From an uncultured Bacteroidales bacterium (GTDB lineage Bacteria > Bacteroidota > Bacteroidia > Bacteroidales > UBA1402), in contig CAYYJF010000034.1 in the NCBI GenBank assembly GCA_964472175.1, forward strand, positions 4,503 to 19,719: a stretch of 15,217 bases of DNA. Reading direction: 5' to 3'. The number at the start of each line of letters is the position of its first letter. Within the stretch, counting starts at the first letter, position 1. The notes beneath the pieces are model-generated. The model made no database searches, had not been told where the DNA came from, and worked only from the letters and a program-made list of their open reading frames with translations. Positions 7,866 to 13,791 of the stretch are shown in pieces. A program made the translations under genes and the position numbers.

Positions 7866-7899
7866 AAGTGGTCAATGGATATGATTCCATTGACCACTT
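7866..7899 (-). terminator. hairpin terminator after the SPFH gene
   Basis: Perfect 14-bp inverted repeat AAGTGGTCAATGGA / TCCATTGACCACTT with loop TATGAT, 34 nt downstream of the SPFH stop. It is followed on the minus strand by a T-rich run (TTTCGTTTATAAT). Confidence 0.5.
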
Positions 7900-7932
7900 A
7901 ATTGGCCTATTCTCTAATTTTACTTGGAGTCT

Positions 7933-9048
7933 TTACTTGGCGCTAGTAGCAACCACTGCCTGCGTAGCCTGGGAGTTGTCAGTTGGGGACCCAACCACCC
8001 CGTTCAGGAACATATTCAGCCCAGCCGAGCTACCAACAATCGTAACGGGGAGTTTGCCGTCCCAACGCTTATTAAGCTCAAGTTGGTTATTCAGCGACTT
8101 GTCAATCGCGTACATCGGATTCTTAGAAGCCTTTTCGAGCGCATCATTGACGAGCGAAATGCCCTTTGCTTCGGCTTCTCGTTTGGACAAGATGGCATCG
8201 GCTTCACCCTGAGCAATCAATCGGGCATTCTTTGCCTGCTGAGTGGCCAAATCCTCGGACTTCTTATTAATATCCTTAACAGCATCAAGTGCCGCCTTCG
8301 CAGTTGCCTTTTCCTGTTCGGCAATAAACACCTTATCAATGGACTCTTGAATGCTCTTATTCTCATACGTGATACCACCGAATTGACCGAGGGTTTGAAT
8401 AGTAATACCCTTCTGCGCATAGAACGGGACAACCTTATTGCGAACAGCGTCCATCATCTCGTCCTTTTTAGCACGGAGGTCATCAAGCTTAAACTGAGTG
8501 GAATAAGACGCCATGACCTCAGCAATGCTATTACGAACCTCGTTCTTCAATACATTCTCAAGAGATTTATCACGATACATATAAAGGAACTTGGCAGCAT
8601 CTTCCTCCTTAATATATGCAGTCATGACAACACCAACGGAGAACCCGATAGAATCCTTAGACTCAACCCAAACGGCATCGGAATCGTTCGGAGTGTCGGC
8701 GAGCAACTTTACATTAACAGGAGAGCGGTCAACTTTGATAACGCGATTTACTTTCTGCCATTCGCCGGTCTGGGTCCAATCAAATCGGCCCTTATTGATC
8801 CAAACATACTCTTCTTGAATCTTGCGAACTGCGACCTTGACCGACGGAGAGTTATAATATTCTTCCGAGTCAAACTTGACTTGAGCGTTCTTGTTCTCAC
8901 CGATGAGGGGAACAACGAACATAGTTTCCGTACTGTCGGCTTCTGCGAACGTAACCGGCTTAACCGGACGGATGCAGCCGGAGGTGAACAGAGACATGCC
9001 AAACAGCATGACCGCAAGAATCATAGAGAAGAACTTAGTATATTTCAT
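7933..9048 (-). CDS. SPFH/band-7 (stomatin/prohibitin/HflK-like) domain lipoprotein
   Basis: The N-terminal signal peptide has a lipobox-like ...LFTSGC. There is a central SPFH-type region. The Ala/Glu/Lys-rich coiled-coil tail (EQEKATAKAALDA, AQGEADAILSKREAEAKG) is typical of the family. 371 aa. Confidence 0.85.
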   Translation of the reverse strand: MKYTKFFSMILAVMLFGMSLFTSGCIRPVKPVTFAEADSTETMFVVPLIGENKNAQVKFDSEEYYNSPSVKVAVRKIQEEYVWINKGRFDWTQTGEWQKVNRVIKVDRSPVNVKLLADTPNDSDAVWVESKDSIGFSVGVVMTAYIKEEDAAKFLYMYRDKSLENVLKNEVRNSIAEVMASYSTQFKLDDLRAKKDEMMDAVRNKVVPFYAQKGITIQTLGQFGGITYENKSIQESIDKVFIAEQEKATAKAALDAVKDINKKSEDLATQQAKNARLIAQGEADAILSKREAEAKGISLVNDALEKASKNPMYAIDKSLNNQLELNKRWDGKLPVTIVGSSAGLNMFLNGVVGSPTDNSQATQAVVATSAK

Positions 9049-9090
9049 ATTTGTTTTTATGTGTTATTTAACTTAACGTTGAAGATATTC

Positions 9091-9381
9091 TCAGAGTTTT
9101 TCTGAATGTCGAACTTTCTTTTCGGAATTTTCGACATTTTTCTTACTTGGCCACCAAATCCAACCAAGGACAAGTACAATTGTAATTGGAATAATTACGC
9201 TTGTGAAATTCGTCCACGAATGAATGCTATGCGATGCCACATATTCAGCGTTTCCACCGTTCACCGTAGCCAGAGTGGCCGTGTTCTGTACCAGCGTGGC
9301 CGTTGGTGTAAAAACAGGAAGAAGGATAAAATAACCAATCACCATAATAAGTGATAGGAGTGCTTTAGTTTTTATTTTCAT
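9091..9381 (-). CDS. small membrane protein (2 TM segments)
   Basis: 96 aa with two hydrophobic helices (LLSLIMVIGYFILLPVF and VIIPITIVLVLGWIWW). It lies immediately upstream of the SPFH gene on the same strand. Confidence 0.6.
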   Translation of the reverse strand: MKIKTKALLSLIMVIGYFILLPVFTPTATLVQNTATLATVNGGNAEYVASHSIHSWTNFTSVIIPITIVLVLGWIWWPSKKNVENSEKKVRHSEKL

Positions 9382-9385
9382 TTGT

Positions 9386-9694
9386 TTATTCGTTAATCAG
9401 AAAAAAGATTTTACATGTGATGTAGATTGTAAAAATCAACCCAATCAATAGAGACAAAAGACAAGACACAACAAGGAATACAAGTGTAATAATTACTCCC
9501 ATTGTACCGATTAAAATAGACGGAGACAACAATGCGATAACAAATGGAATTTCCATTCCAAGAAATATGTTTGCCAAGAAACACACAATTGGCGGAATTA
9601 AGATGAAAAACAATCTACCAGTCCATGTGCTAGGAAGTATGCAATCAATTTTAGATGAAATTGATTTCGTGGTGATTTCTTTCTTAATGGTCAT
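9386..9694 (-). CDS. small polytopic membrane protein
   Basis: 102 aa, almost entirely hydrophobic (3 predicted helices). It has an ATGA overlap with the upstream gene. Confidence 0.6.
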   Translation of the reverse strand: MTIKKEITTKSISSKIDCILPSTWTGRLFFILIPPIVCFLANIFLGMEIPFVIALLSPSILIGTMGVIITLVFLVVSCLLSLLIGLIFTIYITCKIFFLINE

Positions 9695-10386
9695 TGTTCG
9701 ATTTGATTTGTTTGTTGCGTATTATCAACCCAAGTTAGTTTGCGAACCTTAACTTGTTCTCGCTTTTTCCCAAAATTTTCGGGATAAATTTTCGACTTAC
9801 AGCAACATTTATCGTAAATACTACAACCTTCACACATATTGTCAAGGTATCGATTTGGGTACAAACACGCATCCACGGTCGAATAATCCAATGGACCACA
9901 CGGACCACCAATGAAATACTTTGGATCGTCCTGCCAAGGATAGCGAACCGGTGTAGAATCGGGTTTATCGGATTTTTTCTTGCGAGCTGAGTCTTTCTCA
10001 GGTTTCTCGCCATTTTCGTTTATATTTGAATCTATTGCCTCTTTCGTGACCTTTGCCGGCCTGCCGGCCTTCTTACCAACCGCAAAATGATTCAATTGAA
10101 TTCCCTCGTCCTTGCGAATCATTTTCACTCGATCTTCCTGAACAGAGGTCAATTTCGGGAGTTTTCCGCTCTTTTTTGCAAATTCGGCGATTTGCTCCTT
10201 TGAGTAGCCGAGGAGAACGTATTTTTTTGTGATTCGTAATTGGAAGTTCTTCTCCATCTCCTCTTCCGAATTATTATAATCCAAAAGAAGTTCATTGAAT
10301 CGATCCAATGTAACTTGAACCATCTCATGTGTGATAGAGTCGGTTAAATAAACAAATGCACCATTTCCAGATCGTCGGTATGCCAT
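9691..10386 (-). CDS. hypothetical protein with Cys-rich C-terminal cluster and basic AT-hook-like segment
   Basis: The track ORF starts at TTG 10410. The first ATG at 10386 (MAYRRSG...) sits 1 nt after the upstream stop. The C-terminus is CGPLDYSTVDACLYPNRYLDNMCEGCSIYDKCCCKSK. The central segment VGKKAGRPAKVTKE is AT-hook-like. Confidence 0.6.
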   Translation of the reverse strand: MAYRRSGNGAFVYLTDSITHEMVQVTLDRFNELLLDYNNSEEEMEKNFQLRITKKYVLLGYSKEQIAEFAKKSGKLPKLTSVQEDRVKMIRKDEGIQLNHFAVGKKAGRPAKVTKEAIDSNINENGEKPEKDSARKKKSDKPDSTPVRYPWQDDPKYFIGGPCGPLDYSTVDACLYPNRYLDNMCEGCSIYDKCCCKSKIYPENFGKKREQVKVRKLTWVDNTQQTNQIEQ

Positions 10387-10387
10387 A

Positions 10388-10777
10388 TTAGTTAGATACA
10401 GTGGGAACAACTTCCTTAATTGTCAACATAAATTGTTGACAGCGGTCAAAGAATGCAGGGTCAAACGCACGAACAAACTCGTCCGTCAATTCAATCAAGT
10501 TGCATTTTCTTATATCAATCACGAAGCTTGAATTTGCACAAGTGAGCATCACTGCATACGGCAAGTCCAATGCCCGAACGTGCAGGACTGTTTTGGAACA
10601 ATGTGCCTCATTTACAACATTTGAATTAATTGTCCCAATTGTTTTAATAATGTCCTCCGGCGCATCATATGTATCCTGAACTGGTTGTGTACAGTTGAAC
10701 GGCTTCACGTCGGTGATCATCACAAACATCCCAAGTGAAAGTTCTCCTGGGGTAATATTGGCAATGGTATTTTTCAT
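10388..10777 (-). CDS. hypothetical protein, paralogue family 2 (copy A)
   Basis: 129 aa. It shares blocks with 13377-13736: TPGELSLGMFVMI versus SPGELEVGMFVTV, LHVRALDLPYAVM versus LTVKAIDLPYIVF, and LIELTDEFV versus LMELSDDYV. Confidence 0.65.
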   Translation of the reverse strand: MKNTIANITPGELSLGMFVMITDVKPFNCTQPVQDTYDAPEDIIKTIGTINSNVVNEAHCSKTVLHVRALDLPYAVMLTCANSSFVIDIRKCNLIELTDEFVRAFDPAFFDRCQQFMLTIKEVVPTVSN

Positions 10778-10792
10778 GATGCTGATGTGTGC

Positions 10793-10846
10793 AAAAATAC
10801 CAAGGAATGTGTATAATTGAATTTTTTAACCATTCCTTGGTATTTT
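10793..10846 (-). terminator. long hairpin (16-bp stem, 21-nt loop) immediately upstream of paralogue A
   Basis: The arm AAAATACCAAGGAATG (10793-10808) pairs with CATTCCTTGGTATTTT (10831-10846). On the minus strand the stem is followed by TTTTT and then the ATG at 10777. The loop carries TATAAT on the plus strand. Confidence 0.5.
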
Positions 10847-10868
10847 AATTGTTATTAAATCGACGTTA

Positions 10869-11312
10869 TTACCAGTTGAGGAGATTGTCGTATTGCATTC
10901 CTGACTTAAAAGCGTGGCCCTTGAAGTAGCGCAACGCCGTTCGAGCGATATACCCCAGTTTAGCTCGAAGATTGAAATCATCCGGCAACGCTTCATCAAA
11001 GACGCTTTCGGCATCAAGTGCCCGCCCAAGCGCGAAAGCGAAACCGTCTTCCTTATCAAATACATCGCCTTTGGTGACGTAAGAATAAATTATATTTTTC
11101 CCAACCTTGCCGACTGGAACGAGAACACTTCGACGCGGATTGGTTCGGCTCCAACCGATGACAATATCACCGTTTTCATCGAGAGTGGCAAGGACGACAC
11201 CATACGGAGCACCTCGCGTGCCGGGACGAGAAGGCGCTGACCGAACATACGCCATAATTGCCTTGCAGTTGGTTTGAACATTAGTTTGCATTTCAGTTGG
11301 TGATGGATTCAT
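10869..11312 (-). CDS. hypothetical protein
   Basis: 147-aa ATG ORF on the coding strand of the leftward block. No motif recognised. Confidence 0.55.
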   Translation of the reverse strand: MNPSPTEMQTNVQTNCKAIMAYVRSAPSRPGTRGAPYGVVLATLDENGDIVIGWSRTNPRRSVLVPVGKVGKNIIYSYVTKGDVFDKEDGFAFALGRALDAESVFDEALPDDFNLRAKLGYIARTALRYFKGHAFKSGMQYDNLLNW

Positions 11313-11379
11313 GTTTTATAGTTGTTTGGTTGATGGTAAAAGATGTTGCAGAATATCCGGTCGGCGTCAATGATGAAAT

Positions 11380-11934
11380 TTAGAAAAAGAAATTCCACCA
11401 TTTTTTTGTTGATTTGTTTTCCGGTGTTGGTTCTTGCTCCGATGGTTTGTTTTTTTCTTTTTTATACTGGTTGGCGCAGGTAGGGGCGTTATTTTCACTG
11501 CTCCATCCATAATTGTGCATGGTTTTACTCAGGCGGTTAAGTAATAGATTCAAATCTAAACTCGCATCTGTATATGAAACGAATCTGAATTCAAATGAAC
11601 ACGATTTGTTGGTCAAGTCGGATGCTTTCCTCACTTGAACACACACGCCTTCTTTATTGAACGCACTGCAATATGTGTATATTAGATGCAGACCAATGAG
11701 ACCTCCAGTAAATGTTGCCCAAGAGCTTTGTGCTGACGGATATTGTGGGACAGATCTATAGTTGTTGTAACTTGGTCGATGTTGTGGTGCCTTTGGTTGT
11801 ATGGATTCAACCTTAGATTTCATATCAGACACATTTCCCAACTTGCGGAGACGCAAGAACGCAGAAATTGCTTCTTGTTCATTTCCTCTTGGGTCAAATG
11901 CTATATTGAAAATCTTTTCGGTTCTATCGTCCAT
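11380..11934 (-). CDS. hypothetical protein
   Basis: 184-aa ATG ORF with a Lys/Glu/Pro-rich C-terminal tail. No motif recognised. Confidence 0.55.
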   Translation of the reverse strand: MDDRTEKIFNIAFDPRGNEQEAISAFLRLRKLGNVSDMKSKVESIQPKAPQHRPSYNNYRSVPQYPSAQSSWATFTGGLIGLHLIYTYCSAFNKEGVCVQVRKASDLTNKSCSFEFRFVSYTDASLDLNLLLNRLSKTMHNYGWSSENNAPTCANQYKKEKNKPSEQEPTPENKSTKKWWNFFF

Positions 11935-11941
11935 TTTCTAT

Positions 11942-12127
11942 TTAGTCAACGTGTATAATTTCAACGTTATGTCCAAAGAAAAATGCCTTTTTGTTTGCCA
12001 TTGCCAAATCAAATTTTGTAGCATTTTCCTTTGAGACGGAATGAAATCCAGTATCCTCAATTGAATCTGTTTCCACAAAATATGCTTGTGCATTTTTATG
12101 ATAAATTACATAGTTTTTGTTTTCCAT
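11942..12127 (-). CDS. hypothetical small protein
   Basis: 61-aa ATG ORF. It ends 8 nt before the next gene on the same strand. Confidence 0.4.
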   Translation of the reverse strand: MENKNYVIYHKNAQAYFVETDSIEDTGFHSVSKENATKFDLAMANKKAFFFGHNVEIIHVD

Positions 12128-12275
12128 AATCTTATATATTAAACTTGCTTAATATTGGCGTAGGCCAACTGGCCAACTTGATTATCAACGAATTGTTTTG
12201 CTTCTTCAAACTGTTTGGTTCTTGTAATTCGGCTCATATGTGGCATGGGTTATAAGCTATGGGTGGGATAAGTCA

Positions 12276-12315
12276 ACAAAAAAGCGGAGAATCTTTCATC
12301 TCCGCTTTTTGATTT
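12276..12315. terminator. bidirectional rho-independent terminator
   Basis: The stem GCGGAGA / TCTCCGC (12284-12290 / 12299-12305) has an 8-nt loop. An A-run lies 5' and a T-run 3'. It directly follows the stop of the 12319-12453 ORF on the minus strand. Confidence 0.65.
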
Positions 12316-12318
12316 TTG

Positions 12319-12453
12319 TTAAGGATTGTTAGCGTCAACGACCATGGCAAGTTGACCACAAGCCGCCTGAGCTTGAATCTCTGCTTGAGTCGCTACGGCG
12401 ACGGCATACGAAAATCCTGCTTGCTCCAAACTGTTAATAATATTTTGGTTCAT
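12319..12453 (-). CDS. RlmN/Cfr C-terminal fragment (44 aa) carrying the conserved AACGQLA cysteine motif
   Basis: This ORF is not in the supplied track because it is below the size cut-off. The ATG at 12453 is preceded by AGGAGG with ~11-nt spacing. The product MNQNIINSLEQAGFSYAVAVATQAEIQAQAACGQLAMVVDANNP aligns to the E. coli RlmN tail ...[27 protein letters not shown] as recalled from memory. It lies in the same frame as the radical SAM ORF, 7 codons after its TAA. Confidence 0.6.
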   Translation of the reverse strand: MNQNIINSLEQAGFSYAVAVATQAEIQAQAACGQLAMVVDANNP

Positions 12454-12474
12454 ATAATAAAATTCCTCCTTTCG

Positions 12475-13380
12475 TTAAATTAAATTTTTCCCCTCAATGA
12501 TTCCATTCAATCCGTTGTTATCCGATATAACATTCCGATTGAGCGGAGAAAGCTTGATGAAGAAATACTTCGGATCGAAATATTTCTTGAGCAATTCAAT
12601 ATCAAAATCATTTTCATCAAACAATGTAAGATTGATTGTGGTGAGAAGATTGCTTTTGGTTCTGACTTGACCAAGCTCCTCAATTGTCATCTTCTTAGAA
12701 ATCGGAATCAATTGATCACGAGTCGCTTCCTTGAGAGAATGCAGTGAAAGTTGGAGAGTGATGTTATCTTTAATCCAACTAAAATCAGCACCTTTAATTC
12801 CAATTGTGCTTACAAAGAGATGGATGTTCTTGAATCTGGCCGTTAAGATTTCACATGCCTTTTTAACATTTTCTTGGTTGAGACCCCAATCGCCCATACG
12901 AGTCATATTAACCTTGAACTCTTTTGAATCTTCTGGATTCAGTTCTGGGTGTTTGGATAGAATGAAATCAACTTGTTCGACAATTTCTTGTGCGGTGAGA
13001 TTTCTGGTTCGCTTCAATTTTCCTGTCGCGCAAAATTTGCAGCCGATTGGGCATCCGCTTGCAACAGAAATCCCTATTAGGAATCTCTCCGTTCTGTCGC
13101 CCAATTCATAATTTATTAGAAAATTTTGATGGCATCCTATGGCATCTTTGGTTGAGATTGGAAGAAACGTATCAGTTACTTCAACCGGATATCCATCATT
13201 TGTATGAAGAAGATACACCGCTCCATTCGCAAAATGTTTGGATTTAATTTGATGCATAAATGAAAGTGACTGCTCCACATGCTCCAAGTAGACCTGCGAT
13301 ATCTTTGTCACCAAATAACCCGCATAGAACAGAACCAATTGCAAAAATTCCGCAAATAATCCATTTAAATTTTTCTTCAT
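12475..13380 (-). CDS. radical SAM enzyme, RlmN/Cfr family (RNA adenine C2/C8 methyltransferase-like), C-terminally truncated by an in-frame TAA
   Basis: The CxxxCxxC motif is GCPIGCKFCATG. The flanking GISVASGCPIGCKFCATGKLKRTRNLTAQEIVEQV corresponds to RlmN [36 protein letters not shown]. Further matches are MTRMGDWGLN, FVSTIGIK and LQLSLHSL...IPISKKMTIEEL, which correspond to RlmN MMGMGEPLLN, TLSTSGVV and LAISLHAP...VPINKKYNIETF. The ORF starts with an ATGA overlap on paralogue B. Confidence 0.85.
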   Translation of the reverse strand: MKKNLNGLFAEFLQLVLFYAGYLVTKISQVYLEHVEQSLSFMHQIKSKHFANGAVYLLHTNDGYPVEVTDTFLPISTKDAIGCHQNFLINYELGDRTERFLIGISVASGCPIGCKFCATGKLKRTRNLTAQEIVEQVDFILSKHPELNPEDSKEFKVNMTRMGDWGLNQENVKKACEILTARFKNIHLFVSTIGIKGADFSWIKDNITLQLSLHSLKEATRDQLIPISKKMTIEELGQVRTKSNLLTTINLTLFDENDFDIELLKKYFDPKYFFIKLSPLNRNVISDNNGLNGIIEGKNLI

Positions 13381-13736
13381 TCATGTTTATTTTTATTTTT
13401 TTCTTCAATTTTATTTTTTAAATGGGGATGACGCGCGATGACATAATCATCGCTCAATTCCATTAAAGTTGTTCGACGCGTATCCAATGTCGAAGTGTGT
13501 GTATCAGTGGGACAGTTATTTTCTGCCTGAAATACAATATACGGCAAATCGATTGCCTTAACGGTTAAAACATCTCCATACCAAGACCTATCGTGTGTTT
13601 TTGTGGTAACAACGGTTAGCCCACCGAAGCCCTCGTCACTTACATGTTCTTTTGTGTATGGGGCGTGGTTGTGGACCGTTACAAACATTCCAACTTCAAG
13701 TTCTCCCGGTGAAAGTATTTTTGAGTTTGCTGACAT
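13377..13736 (-). CDS. hypothetical protein, paralogue family 2 (copy B)
   Basis: 119 aa. Homologous blocks to 10388-10777 are listed under that feature. The ATG lies 9 nt after a terminator hairpin. Confidence 0.65.
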   Translation of the reverse strand: MSANSKILSPGELEVGMFVTVHNHAPYTKEHVSDEGFGGLTVVTTKTHDRSWYGDVLTVKAIDLPYIVFQAENNCPTDTHTSTLDTRRTTLMELSDDYVIARHPHLKNKIEEKNKNKHE

Positions 13737-13745
13737 AATTAAAAA

Positions 13746-13778
13746 GCTCGTTGGTGAGAAAGTATCTCACCAACGAGC
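13746..13778 (-). terminator. rho-independent terminator after the NAMPT gene
   Basis: Perfect 13-bp inverted repeat GCTCGTTGGTGAG / CTCACCAACGAGC with loop AAAGTAT. On the minus strand it is followed by TTTTTAATT. Confidence 0.6.
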
Positions 13779-13791
13779 ACAGAGGTCAATG

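Noticed and set aside
8217-9017. Arg-rich minus-strand ORFs (71 and 89 aa) and a 75-aa plus ORF within the SPFH gene
   Set aside because: They are off-frame translations of the SPFH coding region.
7924-9105. 393-aa ORF on the plus strand
   Set aside because: It is entirely antisense to the SPFH gene (7933-9048), which has a clear signal peptide and a family-typical coiled-coil tail. The plus-strand ORF has an Arg/Leu/Ser-rich, low-information composition typical of the reverse frame of an Ala/Glu/Lys-rich gene.
12731-13247. Plus-strand ORFs (126 and 66 aa) inside the radical SAM gene
   Set aside because: They are antisense to a gene with unambiguous RlmN-family conservation.
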